From Malacoraja senta (Eukaryota): a stretch of 64,000 nucleotides of DNA. This document shows positions 48,298 to 62,200 of this stretch, piece after piece (position 1 is the first letter of the stretch; every line of letters starts with the position of its first letter). The stretch is taken from positions 2,914,001-2,978,000 of the forward strand of contig CM075988.1 of the NCBI GenBank assembly GCA_038087875.1, in the 5' to 3' direction. The notes beneath the pieces were generated by a model. The model was not told the origin of the DNA. It ran no database searches and saw only the letters and a program-made list of their open reading frames with translations. The position numbers and the translations under genes were made by a program.

Positions 48298-49490
48298 TTA
48301 AAGGGCTTCAAACCACCGTTTAAAACATCGCGTTTAACGATGACGTCATCAGCGCGGTAACCAGAAGCTCCGGTAAGGTTTTTAAAAACAATCCCGATTT
48401 CTGGACCCGTTTTACACGATAAATCGTGAAGTTTTTCGGGAGTGGAGCTAGGTGCACGTCTGTTAGTCCAACATGACGCCACCGGAAGTCATGGCAGATG
48501 GAGTTTAATGCTGACAAATGTGAGATGCTACATCTCGGCAGGACAAATCAAAATAGGACGTACACGGTAAATGGTAGCGAATTGAGGAATGCAGTTGAAC
48601 AGAGGGATCTAGGAATAACTGTGCATAGTTCCCTGAAGGTGGAATCTCATGTAGATAGGGTGGTAAAGAAAGCTTTTGGTGTGCTGGCCTTTATAAATCA
48701 GAGCATTGAATATAGAAGTTGGGATGTAATGTTAAAATTGTACAAGGCATTGGTGAGGCCAATTCTGGAGTATGGAGTACAATTTTGGTCGCCTAATTAT
48801 AGGAAGGATGTCAACAAAATAGAGAGAGTACAGAGGAGATTTACTAGAATGTTGCCTGGGTTTCAGCAACTAAGTTAAAGAGAAAGGTTGAACAAGTTAG
48901 GTCTTTATTCTTTGGAGCGCAGAAGGTTAAGAGGGGACTTGATAGAGGTCTTTAAAATTATGAGCGGGTTAGACAGAGTGGACGTGGATAAGCTTTTCCC
49001 ATTGAGAGTAGGGAAGATTCAAACAAGGGGACATGACTTAAGGGACAGAAGTTTAGGGGGAACATTAGGGGGAACTTCTTTACTCAGAGAGTGGTAGCTG
49101 TGTGGAATGAGCTTCCAGTGGAAGTGGTGGAGGCAGGTTCGATGTTATCCTTTAAAAATAGATTGGATGGGTATATGGACGGGAAAGGAATGGAGGATTA
49201 TGGTCTGAGTGCAGGTAGATGGGACCAGGGGGAAGTATTTATTTTTAATTTATTTTTAATTTTTTTAAAAAAATTTAAAAATGTTCGGCACGGACTTGAA
49301 GGGCCGAGATGGCCTGTTTCCGTGCTGTTATGGTTATATGGTTATATAAGAATAAATTAACCAATATTATGAGGATATGTAAGAAAGAATACTATAATAA
49401 AATATTAGAGAATAATAAAAAGAATATGAAAGGTTTATGGAACGTGCTAAATAGTATTATTAGAAATGGATAAAAAAATACAGGGCAGAC

Positions 49491-49578
49491 AACAGTGCTG
49501 GAGAAACTCAACGGGTGCAGCAGCATCTATGGAGCGAAATAAATAGGCAATGTTTCGGGCCGAAACCCTTCTTCAGAC
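49491..49578 (-). repeat. Hammerhead-headed short repeat inserted in LINE ORF2
   Basis: Minus strand GTCTGAAGAAGGGTTTCGGCCCGAAACATTG. CAGAC occurs on both sides. Confidence 0.6.
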
Positions 49579-50045
49579 CTACCCTGAGTAATTTATTGAG
49601 AAAGACGAGACAATAAATAATATGGATGATGCGGTTAATGGTTTTAACAAATTCTTTGTAAATGTGGGACCAGATTTGGCAGAAAAAATTAATGACCCAG
49701 AAACAAAAGAAGGGGCAGATACTGATCTTTGAGATAGAAATACTAGCTCTATCTTCCTTAGAGCAGTCGAAGGAAAATAAATCATAGACACTGTAAGAAA
49801 ATGTAAAAGCAAATCCTCTACTGATTGGAATGATATTAATATGATTATAATAAAAAACGTTATTGAAGAAATTGCAGAACCATTAACTCATATCTGTAAC
49901 TTGTCTTTTCAATCTGGTAAATTTCCAAACAAAATGAAAATAGCAAAAGTAATACCATTATATAAAACTGGGGATAGACACAATTTCACAAATTACAGGC
50001 CTGTTTCTTTACTCTCCCAATTCTCCAAGATCCTTGAAAAACTCA

Positions 50046-53000
50046 TCGTAACTCCTCATAAAATAAAGATCAAACTTCAAACTGGTAAGTTCTCATTTAA
50101 TCTTACTATTTTACTTCGGAGTCACGTTGAGGTCCAAACGAAAAGTCGTTTCTGCAGTCATACATTACAAAACGAAAAAGACCCGAGTCACAACACAATT
50201 TACACATACATCCATCACAGCGCTGTGATGGAAGGCAAAAAAAACGTATCTCTCCACTGCACTCCCCCCCCCCATGTCAGAGTCAAAGTCAAAGCCCCCG
50301 GCGGGCGACGGTGATTGTCCCGCGGCCATTAAAGCCACGCCGGGCGATGCAAGGTCGCGCACCGGGTCTTGGTGTTAGAGCCCCGGCGCGCGCTCGCAAA
50401 GTCCCGCGGCCATTCCAAGCCGCGCGGGGCGGTGATGTAAAGCCCCGCTCCAGGTGCTCTTCAACCCCGCAACTCGGGCGGGAGAAGTCGCCGCTGCGGA
50501 AGCCCCGAAGAACGGTCTCCCACCAGGGACCCGCGGGCTTCCGGTGTTGCCGTCCACCAGACCCGCGGTTGTAGCCTCCGAATCTCCGGGGGTCGGGTCG
50601 CAGCAGCGCTCCACCACAGCTCCACCCGCTCCAGACTCGGCCAGCCCCATGACGGTGAGTAGTCCGCAGCTCCGCAACTGGAGCCCCAGGTCGTTCCTGC
50701 TGGAGGCCGCTCCACGTTGCCCAGCCCCAACGACAACGGAGACCCGACAAAGAAAAGGTCAGGTCTCCCGTGCAGGGGAAAGATTTTAATGTCCCCCCCC
50801 CCCCCCACACACATACCCCGACAAAAAACAAAAAAAAAAATAATAATAAAAACTACATAGATACGAGACAAAGATTTCATGCCGGATACGAGTCCAGGAG
50901 TCACACACTGCATCAATTGACCATGGATGAGTGAAAAAGATTAATGCATTCAGCCATGACATAGTTTGTTAAAAATGCTGATGCTTTAATCATCAAAGGA
51001 AAATAATAGTGACCCCTACCATCCTGGGGGAAACTATGAAACAAAACATAAATGGAATTTGGCAAAAAACCCCGGTCTGGCAATGGGTTATTATAAAATG
51101 TTGGAAAGTTCATTCGTTTGACCATCCTGCAGCCGCTAGGATGTGGTCCAGTGGAACGTACATAACCCTAGCTGCTAATATTGTAGCAGCCCTAGTGGAG
51201 TGAGAGAAAAAATATAAGCCAAAACCTGTCTGACCACCTGGAGATGGTCTGGATAGATAAATTTATGAGGTTTTTAGTAACTAACAAACATTGCTAGTGT
51301 AGAGCCTCTAAGGCTCTTGGTGACCTTGACGTATTGTTGTAAATGTGTGACCACAGACAACCAAAGGTCCATGGGGTATGCCATAAAAAATGTTTTTTAT
51401 GGCATACCCCATGTTCTGCTCTGATTAACTACATCATAAACATTAAATATTATATTATTAGCAGATGTAACCATCCTGTCCAGTCACAATTTAGGTAGTG
51501 GCTGGACCCGTAGCGCTGAGACTGGCGCCATGAGCATAACCACTTTGAAAGTGGGTTTGACCAGGGATAGAGATGTAGCTGGGCCCTCCAGGCGAAGCAG
51601 TTAGAAAAATTAATAACATCCCATATCTCCGAGTACCTGGGCCTGGGAGAATTTGCATTCAAGATATCCTTTAGAAATCAGGATATGAGAGGGTGAGACC
51701 CGACAGAGTGGGTCCCTTTCGCTGCAGCAACTATGATAAGAAAGCACGTTGGCACAGTTAATGGTACTGTAACTTAATTAATTGTCAAAGACCCATCTGA
51801 AAATGAACTCCGAGAAGTTAGTTATCCGTGCCGTATTATATGTAACATAGGCATTAAAATAAAACACTTCCCATCTCCTGATGAGGAAAAATGTGTTGCT
51901 TTTTCGGTGCTATCCATGCACTCTGCAGTGAGCATGTACAAAGATCAGTCTGCAACCCGAGCCGCCGGAACGGTCTCTCAGAGTCTGCAAGTCTATAAAT
52001 AGATTTTATCATGCAGAGGAAGGTTTCCCGAGTCACGAGGTTGAACCACCAAATTTTAGTGTTTAGGATAACCATATAAGGTCCTATATATTCCCAACAT
52101 TAGCAGGAACCATGGCTGCATAGGCCAGTCAGGCAGTACAAAATGCCTGAGGCAAGATCTTGCTGGATTTTGTGCAAGACCCGACTGATGAGGCAAAATG
52201 GAGAAAAGTCATAAAGAACATTCCTCCTCAGTGTAGTGAGAATACATCTATTGCCACTGTGCCACATTTTTACAATGGTGATTGAACCTGGATGTAAACA
52301 TATTGATATTCGGTGTTCCATCGAACCACAATGTCATTAAATACTTTGTGATACAACATCCATTCTGTGTTGTCATAGATTTTTACGTGATGATATACCA
52401 GTGCCAAATTAGGTTAGGTAAATTATCACAGAATATTTAACTTGACTGCACCCTTGTGATTAATATATGCCACCACCATAGTTATCAACTTGGTTGAGCA
52501 TGCAGATTAAGCTTATTCGCACAATAAACTTTTAACCCATAGAATACACCTAGTGTCTTATAGGTAGTTGATACCATATAACTGAAAAATGGTAACTCAT
52601 GCAAAGCCCATCCGCCTGCGTAACTAGAGATGGTATTCGTAATTTTTCATCTTTACGTACTAGCATCAGTTTGTAATATAACTGAAGAGTTACTGAGCAA
52701 AAGTTACAGGAGCAATGTTGAATACTGTTCGTCCACCATTGTGACTCTGATAGCTTCAGCCGGTAATAGCATAGGTCTGTTAATAATGACCTATATGGCA
52801 CTGAGGAAGTTACTCCTTTGCACGTTGTAATTTCTGATAATGCCAAGGTCCAAATGCACAGCTGAAAACACAGCCACTATATTGCCAATTACACTTGATG
52901 AATAGAGGCTGCTTCATAACAACAAGGTTGTTGCAGGCTTTTATTAATTCCAATCTCTTGCCGCAGGGCGGAGTCACAGTAAATTAATAGAGTTAAAGAT

Positions 53001-55220
53001 AGATCCCAATAACCAATAACTCTAGTTGGTATCAACTTAAACTTAACTGGATGGATGAGAAACCCCAATTTCTCAAATATAGTGTGCGACTGAAACAGTT
53101 TAATTTTAGCAAAATACAGCGTTTAGAATATCATGTAGATGGGCCATAACAAGTGTTTTTTGAGCTCCAAGCAGCCCAAGCACCGGTTTTAGTAATTTGG
53201 TAAATAGCCTGGGAACTGAAGTTAGCATATTTTGCAACGCTTTAACTTTATCATTGCCCCATCCAGCTAAATTTCAAATATCTCCGGTGATCCCTGTGAA
53301 TGAGAACTGAACAGTATGCATCTTTGAGATCAATGCATGCCATAAAGATCCTATGGAAATTAGTTGTTTAGACAGTAACGAAGTTTGCTATGCTGAAAAG
53401 TTTATACCGCACATGCGAGTTAATCAAGGATGAACCGACATCCTGCATCTTACACAATGATCAGGCCATGCCTGCCATAGTTCCGGGCCTGCCTTGAAAG
53501 AACACTCTGGTCATGTTTCCGAGCCTGTGTCGAAAGGCAATCCTGGCCATAATACTGAGGCTGCTTCGAAAGACAACTCTGGCCACAATTCCAAGCTAGC
53601 TTGGAATCCTAGTATCAACTAATCACATGTTCACTTTGTCATTTGTACAAAAAATAAGCATAAATATTACCAACTTGTAAATGGTCCACATACCACATGT
53701 TTCGGAAAGAACCAGACCCACCTACCTTCATGGTTACCGGTGGTCTGTGGTAAGCCCAAAGGCCCCTGATGCGGGTTCTATTTCCGTCCTTGATTGGAGA
53801 GTAGGACTGGTAGGGTACGTGGATTCCATATTTTTCCTGAGACCGGCTTGGGCCTTGGCCTAAAGACCTCTGCCCAGCTTGCTGGCTGCCACCAGCTTCA
53901 GTGAACCGCTTACTGCCGATGGAGGCATGGGGTGTGTTGTTGCCGAAACGATGAGGCTCTATTCGTAGTTCGACAGCTTTAGCTCCCTCATGCAGGGTTG
54001 AATAGGCTTACCTGAAGAGAAGATTAGGCGGCTAGTTTCCTGGGGTTCCATGCCCCTCCAAATTCACCCCTGATAGCGCTGTTCACTGCCGGCACTTTCA
54101 GGAACAATTTACAGGTGCATGGTATCTCACAGCCGTTACCTGTTACTGTTATGACGTGACATGAGGTTTTGCTGCCAACGGCTGGAACCACTCTTCCTGC
54201 AGCTCTCCTTCTCTTGCGAGGGTGTCGCAAGCCTGGATGTCATGACAGATATTTCTGTACCTCACACACGTACTCTAGTATGTTCCACGGAAATACTTCC
54301 CAGTTTGGAGTCAGTTACACACTGACCCCTCGCACTCCTCTCCATAGCAAGGGCGATAGTAAGCAGCCCTGAAACAGGTGCTGCCGCAGGCCCCCGAGGA
54401 GACCTGCGCTGATATGACCTCTCCACGGACCATACCCTTCATGCCTCGTGGTACCGAACTCCGGGTCAGACAGAACTGACCCTGACTGCTCCCCTCCTCA
54501 GAGAGGGAGACTCTGTGCAGCCCTGTAAACGGGTGCCGCTGCCGCTGCCGCGGGCCCCGAGGAGACCCGCGGTGATAAAACTCCCTCCTTGGAGCATACC
54601 ATTGTGGAGCACCTCTCCATCAGGTGCTCCATGTGGGTTAGACGTCCGAAGACGCTACCCATTGAAGGAGGGGATCCTCAACCATTATGAATCCTGCTGG
54701 CCCGACTCGTTTGAGTCAACGGGCCTCTTCCCTACGCTCCCCTCCTCAGAGAAGGAGATATAATTTCGTGACTACCCTCCAAGCGGGTTTGCCAAGGTGC
54801 TACCAGCACCAGTCTGAAGCCGCTGGCTCCACCGACAGCGACTCGGAAGGCGAATTTGGACCGCCGCCCGCTACCCGCACTTCCGCGGTCTCCGTAGCCG
54901 GTTCCCCGCACTCCGTGGCCGGGTTTCCCCGAGGTCATGACCGGGATTCCCCACGGTCCGTGACTGGGATTGCCCCGCGGTCCATAAAGGTTTTCCCGCG
55001 GCCCGTCCCGACTTCGCCCCGAAATCCAGCAGGAACTCTGTGAGAGGAGATTCCTGTAATAGAAAACATAACCTGGGAAGTTTAAAACTTACCTGCAGGT
55101 TTAAACTTACTGCTGGCAGGCGCAGCGCGCCTGCCAGTCAGCGCGTTGCGCAATGCGCTAGACGTAATGCGTGCTGACGGCCTTCTTCACGTAGTCACTC
55201 ACGTGACTCCGAAGTAAAAT
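50046..55220 (-). mobile_element. DIRS1-like tyrosine-recombinase retrotransposon, decayed
   Basis: Perfect 20-bp inverted repeat at 50108-50127 and 55201-55220. RT IDLKDAY (~53320), methylase-like region (~52100-52320), YR motifs HPLIS, PRYSEIWDV and HSTRAA..AGWS..TF..FY (~51080-51720). Confidence 0.85.
50128..50865 (-). repeat. Unclassified GC-rich insertion within the DIRS 3' end
   Basis: Abrupt CpG-rich block immediately after the 20-bp inverted repeat, with no recognisable protein. Confidence 0.45.
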
Positions 55221-56266
55221 CAACTTACATGAACATAACTTGTGGAGTACCTCAAGGGTCTGTGTTAAGTCCAAACCTTTTCATAATATACATTAATGAC
55301 ATATGCAGAGTATCAAATTTATTGAAATTAATTATATTTGCCGATGATACGAATATTATTTGTTCCGGTGACAATTTGAAGCATCTTTTGGATTTCATCA
55401 CATCAGAAATGAATAAATTAAAACAGTGGTTTGATGTCAACAAATTGTCTCTAAATTTAAGCAAAACAAAGATTTGGAAAACATAAAATCAACCCTCAAG
55501 TACAATTGATAATAGATAACATAAGTATAGAAAGAGTATATGAAAATACATTTCTTGGTGTGATTTTAGACCACAAAATCTGTTGGAAACCACATAGTCA
55601 AAGCAAAACTGGCAAAATCTATAGCAATATTGGGAAAATCAATTCTGGACAACAAAATATTCTGGACCACAAATCATTACATACTCTGTACAATACACTC
55701 ATATTGCCATATCTGAGTTACTGTTTGGAGATATCGGGTAACTCCTCCATAACCAACCTACAGCCGTTATGCACATTACAAAAAAGAGAAATAAGAATCA
55801 TCAATAACGTTGGATATCTTGAACATACCAATTTATTATTCTTAAAGTCACGTACACTGAAGTTCACCGATCTGGTTAAATTTAAGACTGCACAAATCAT
55901 GTACAAAGCAAGAAATAATTTACTTCTGGGAAAGATACAAAAACTGTTTATGGAAACACAGGGGGGGTATAATTTGACAGGGGAACTTAATTAAAAAAAA
56001 CTCAATGTCAGAACAACTCTTAAAAGTATGTGCATAGCAATCTGCGGGGTGAATTTGTGGAATGGTTTGGAACAGGAGATAAAACTTAGCACAAACATAA
56101 TTCAATTTAAAAAGATGTACAAAAACACTTTTTTTTTTAAGATTTTGAGTGGGATATTTGTTATACTGATTGTAATATACTGACCGGAAGGGTGATGGGT
56201 TGTATATATGTCTCAGAGATACTGTATAGTCAAGGAGGGTTTTTAATGTTTTTTTTTATTTTTTTA

Positions 56267-59200
56267 TTTCAGGACGAGAAAAGCAACGAAATTACAGGAC
56301 GCAAAACTCGACAACATTTCAGAACACGAAAGCAATGAAAATTCAGCACGTGAAAAGCGACAAAAGTTCAGCATGCGAAAAGCTACGAAAATTCAGGACG
56401 CAAAACACGACAAAAATTCAACATGCGAAAAGTGATGAAAATTATGTACACGAAAAGCGAGGAACCTTTAGGATGCGAAACGTGACGAAAATTCAGCAAG
56501 TGAAAAGTGACGAAAATTCAGCACGCGAAAACCGGCGAAATTTCAGCAGACGAAAAGCGACAAAAATTCAGCATGCCAAAAGTGAGGTACCTTCAGGACA
56601 CGAAAAGCAACAAAAATTCAGCACGTGAAAAGCGACAAAAGTTCAGCATGTGAACAGCGATGAAAGTTCAGCATGTGAAAATGACGGAAATTCAGCTCGT
56701 GAAAAGCGATGAAAATTCAGCACGTGAAAAGCAACAAAAATTCAAAACGCCAAAAGCGATGTAAATTCAGGACCCGAAAAGCGACGAAAATCCAGCACGT
56801 GAAAAGCAACGAAAATTCAGCTCGTGGAAAGCGCCGAAAATTCAGCACGTGAAAAGCAACGAAAATTCTGCACGTGAAAAGCGATGAAAATTCAGCTTAT
56901 GAAAAGCGACGAAAATTCAGCACGTGAAAAGCGACGAAAATTCAGCACGCGAAAAGTGACGAACCTTCAGGACGCGAAAAGCGACGAATATTCAGCAAAC
57001 AAAAAAATCAACGAAAATTCAGCACGTGAACAGCGACAAAAATTCAGCACCCAAAATGCGACGAAATTTCAGGATGAGAAAAGCGATGAAAATTCAGGAC
57101 GAGAAAAGCGACGAAAATTCAGCACGCAAAAAGCGAGGAAAATTCAGCACATGAAAAGTGACGAAAATTCAGGACACAAAAGACGCCGAAAATTAAAAAC
57201 GCCAAAAGCGATGTAAATTCAGGATGCGAAAAGCGACGAAAATTCAGCACGTGAAAAGCGACGAGAATACAGCACGCGAAAAGCGACGAAAATTCAACAT
57301 GCGAAAAGCGACGAAAATTCATGACACGTAAAGTAACAAGAATTCAGGACCCAAAAAGCGACGAAAATTCAAAACGCGAAAAGCGACGAAATATCAGGAC
57401 GCGAAAGGCGACGAAATACCTGGATGCGAAATTTGACGACATTTCATCACACGAAAAGCAACGAAATTTCAGCACAAGAAAAGGAAAATCAGCACGCGAA
57501 AATCGGCGAAAATTCTGCACACGAAAAGCGACGAAATTTCAGCACACGAAAAGCGACAAAAATTCAGCATGCCAAAAGTGAGGAACCTTCAGGACACGAA
57601 AAGCAACAAAAATTCAGCACATGAAAAGCGACAAAAGTTCAGCATGTGAAAAGCGATGAAAGTTCAGCATGTGAAAACGACAAAAATTCAACTCGTGAAA
57701 AGCGATGAAAATTCAGCACGTGAAAAGCGACAAAAATTCAAAACGCCAAAAGCGATGTAAATTCAGGACCCGAAAAGCGACGAAAATCCAGCACGTGAAA
57801 AGCAACGAAAATTCAGCTCGTGGAAAGCGCCGAAAATTCAGCACGTGAAAAGCAACAAAAATTCTGCACGTGAAAAGCGATGAAAATTCAGCTTATGAAA
57901 AGCGACGAAAATTCAGCACGTGAAAAGCGACGAAAATTCAGCACGCGAAAAGTGACGAACCTTCAGGACGCGAAAAGCGACGAATATTCAGCAAACAAAA
58001 AAATCAACGAAAATTCAGCACGTGAACAGCGACAAAAATTCAGCACCCAAAATGCGACGAAATTTCAGGATGAGAAAAGCGATGAAAATTCAGGACGAGA
58101 AAAGCGACGAAAATTCAGCACGCAAAAAGCGAGGAAAATTCAGCACATGAAAAGTGACGAAAATTCAGGACACAAAAGACGCCGAAAATTAAAAACGCCA
58201 AAAGCGATGTAAATTCAGGATGCGAAAAGCGACGAAAATTCAGCACGTGAAAAGCGACGAGAATACAGCACGCGAAAAGCGACGAAAATTCAACATGCGA
58301 AAAGCGACGAAAATTCATGACACGTAAAGTAACAAGAATTCAGGACCCAAAAAGCGACGAAAATTCAAAACGCGAAAAGCGACGAAATATCAGGACGCGA
58401 AAGGCGACGAAATACCTGGATGCGAAATTTGACGACATTTCATCACACGAAAAGCAACGAAATTTCAGCACAAGAAAAGGAAAATCAGCACGCGAAAATC
58501 GGCGAAAATTCTGCACACGAAAAGCGACGAAATTTCAGCACACGAAAAGCGACAAAAATTCAGCATGCCAAAAGTGAGGAACCTTCAGGACACGAAAAGC
58601 AACAAAAATTCAGCACATGAAAAGCGACAAAAGTTCAGCATGTGAAAAGCGATGAAAGTTCAGCATGTGAAAACGACAAAAATTCAACTCGTGAAAAGCG
58701 ATGAAAATTCAGCACGTGAAAAGCGACAAAAATTCAAAACGCCAAAAGCGATGTAAATTCAGGACCCGAAAAGCGACGAAAATCCAGCACGTGAAAAGCA
58801 ACGAAAATTCAGCTCGTGAAAAGCGCCGAAAATTCAGCACGTGAAAAGCGACGAAAATTCTGCACGTGAAAAGCGATGAAAATTCAGCTTATGAAAAGCG
58901 ACGAAAATTCAGCACGTGAAAAGCGACGAAAATTCAGAACGCGAAAAGTGACGAACCTTCAGGATGCGAAAAGCGACAAATATTCAGCAAACAAAAAAAT
59001 CAACGAAAATTCAGCACGTGAACAGCGACAAAAATTCAGCACCCAAAATGCGACGAAATTTCAGCATGAGAAAAGCAAAGAAAATTCAGGACGAGTAAAG
59101 CGACGAAAATTCAGCACGCAAAAAGCGAGGAAATTTCAGCACATGAAAAGTGACGAAATTTCAGCACATGAAAAGTGACGAAAATTAAAAACGCCAAAAG

Positions 59201-62200
59201 CGATGTAAATTCAGGATGAGAAAAGCGACGAAAATTCAGCACGTCAAAAGCGACGAGAATACAGCACGTGAAAAGCGACGAAAATTCAGCATGCGACAAG
59301 CGACGAAAATTCATGACACGAAAAGTAACAAGAATTCAGGACCCAAAAAGCGACAAAAATTCAAAACGCGAAAAGCGACGAAATATCAGGACGCAAAAGG
59401 CGACGAAATACCAGGATGCGAAATTTGACGACATTTCATCACACGAAAAGCAACGAAATTTCAGCACAAGAAAAGGAAAATCAGCACGCGAAAATCGACG
59501 AAAATTCTGCACACGAAAAGCGAGGAACCTTCAGGACACAAAAAGCGACGAAAATTCAGCACGCAAAAAGCAACGAAAATTCAGCATGTGAAAAGTGATG
59601 AAAATTCAGTACGCGAAAAGCGACAAAATTTCAGGATGCGAAAAGCGACGAAAATTTTCAGGATGAGAAAAGCGAAGAAAATTCAGGACGAGATAAGCGA
59701 CGAAAATTCAGCACGCAAAAAGCGAGGAAAATTCAGCACATGAAAAGTGATGAAAATTCAGGACACAAAAGACGACGAAAATTAAAAACGCCAAAAGCGA
59801 TGTAAATTCAGGATGCGAAAAGCGACGAAAATTCAGCACGTGAAAAGCGACGAAAATTCTGCATGTGAAAAGCGACGAAAATTCAGCTCATGAAAAGCGA
59901 CGAAAATTCATGACACAAAAAGTAACAAGAATTCAGGACCCAAAAAGCGACGAAATTTCAGGATGCGAAAAGCGACGAAAATTCAGGACGAGAAAAGGGA
60001 CGAAAATTCAGGACATGAAAAGCAACGATAATTTAGCATGGGAAAAACAACGAAAATTCATGACGCGAAAGAGGACAAAAAATAAAAACGCCAAAAGCGA
60101 TGTAAATACAGGACCCAAAAAGCGACGAAAATACAGCACGTGAAAAGCAACGAAAATTCAGCTCGTGAATAGCGCCGAAAATTCATCACGTGAAAAGCGA
60201 CGAAAATTCAGCACGCGAAAAGTGACGAACCTTCAGGACGCGAAAAGCGACGAATATTCATCAAACAAAAAATCAATGAAAATTCAGCACGTGAACAGCG
60301 ACAAAATTTCAGCACCCAAAATGCGACGAAATTTCAGGATGAGAAAAGTGAAGAAAATTCAGGACGAGAAAAGCGACGAAAATTCAGCACGCAAACCGAG
60401 GAAAATTCAGCACATGAAAAGTGACGAAAATTCAGGACACAAAAGACGCCGAAAATTAAAAACACCAAAAGCGATGTAAATTCAGGATGCGAAAAGCGAC
60501 GAAAATTCAGCACGTGAAAAGCGACGAAAATTCTGCACGTGAAAAGCGACGAAAATTCAGCTCATGAAAAGCGACGAAAATTCATGACACGAAAAGTAAC
60601 AAGAATTCAGGACCCAAAAAGCGACGAAAATTCAAAACGTGAAAAGCGACAAAATATCAGGATGCGAAAGGCGGCGAAATACCAGGATGCGGAATTTGAC
60701 GAAATTACATCACACGAAAAACAATGAAATTTCAGCACTAGAAAAGGAAAATCAGCACGCAAAAATCGACGAAAATTCATCACGAAAAAAGTAATGCAAA
60801 TTCAGCACATGAAAAGCGACGAAATTTCAGCACGTGAAAAGCGACGACATTTCAGGATGCGAAAAGCGACGAAAATTCAGACTAGAAAAGCTACGAAAAT
60901 TCAGGACGCGAAAAGAGACGAAAATTCAGCATGTGAAAAGCGACGAAAATTCAGTACGTGAAAAGCGACTAAAATTAAGCACACGAAAAGCAACAAACAT
61001 TCAGGATGCGAAAAGCGATGAAAATTCAGCACATGAAATGTGACGAAAATTCAGCACATGAAAAGTGACGAAAATTCAGGACGCAAAAGGCGACGAAAAT
61101 TTAAAACGCCAAAAACAATGTAAGACGCGAAAAGCGATGAAAATTAAGCACGCGAAAAGTGACGAAAATTCAGCACGTACGAAAGCAACGAAAATTCAGC
61201 TCGTGGAAAGCGATGAAAATTCACCATGCGAAAAGCGATGAACGACGAGAAAAGCGACGAAAATTCAGCATGCGAAAAGCGACCAGCTCATGAAAAGTGA
61301 AAATTCAGCACGTGAAAAGCGAAGAAAATTCTGCACGCGAAAAGCGACGAAGATTAAGCACGTGAAAAGCGACGAAAAGCACAGCACACGAAAAGCAACA
61401 AACATTCAGCTCGTGGAAAGCGATGAAAATTCACCATGCGAAAAGCGATGAACAAGGACGAGAAAAGCGACGAAAATTCAGCATGCGAAAAGCGACTTCA
61501 GCTCATGAAAAGTGAAAATACAGGACGCAAAAGGCTATGAAAAATCAAAACAGCAAAAGCGACGTAAATTCAGGACGCAAAAAGCGACGAAAGCAGGACG
61601 AGAAAAGCGACGAAAATTCAGGATGCAAAAAGCGACAAAATTACAGGACGAAAAAGCGACGAAATTTCAGGAAGCAATAAGTGACGAAATTACAAGATGC
61701 GTAAAGCAACGACATTTCAGAACATGAATAGCGACGAAATTTCAGCACACGAAAAGTAACAAAAATTTAGGACACGAAAAGCAACGAAATTTCAAAACGC
61801 GAAAAGCGATGAAATTTCAGGATACGAAAAGTGACGAAAATTCAGGACACAAAAGGCGACGAAAAATTCAACACGCCAAAAGCGGTGTAAATTCAGGACG
61901 TGAAAAGCGATGAAAATTCAGCACGTGGAAAGCAATGAAAATTCATCTTGTGTAAAGCGACGAAAATTAGCATGCGAAAAGCGATAAACCAGGACGAGAA
62001 AAGCGACGGAAATTCATCACGCGAAAAGCGACAAAAATTCAGCACATGAAAAGTGATAAAAATTCAGGACGCAAAAGGCTATGAAAAATCAAAAACCGCA
62101 AAAGCGATGTAAATTCAGAACGTGAAGAGCGACGAAAGTTCAGACAAGAAAAGCGACGAAAATTCAGGACACAAAAAACGACGAAATTTCAGGACTCGAT

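Larger units (their letters stand above)
42231..48490 (-). mobile_element. Full-length L1 retrotransposon
   Basis: 16-bp TSD ATGGCAGATGGAGTTT (42215-42230 and 48491-48506), A-rich tail, 5' end GACTTCCGG, two open ORFs. Confidence 0.97.
41129..49343 (+). mobile_element. 5'-truncated CR1 LINE inserted in the Crack-like LINE and split by L1
   Basis: RT ORF 41184-42230 continues at 48507. ATATAAGAAT is duplicated at 41119-41128 and 49344-49353, next to a (GGTTATAT)n tail. Confidence 0.92.
39090..56150 (+). mobile_element. Crack/Daphne-like (L2-group) LINE, near full-length but decayed; pieces 39090-41128, 49344-50045, 55221-56150
   Basis: ORF1 (39205-39895, frameshifted). APE: HFNSRSL, ETW, CGDYN, SDHLP. 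RT: NYRPVSLL..KILEKL, GVPQGS, FADDTN. Confidence 0.82.

Noticed and set aside
50289..50916. Cluster of overlapping ORFs
   Set aside because: High GC suppresses stops in all frames, and there are no motifs.
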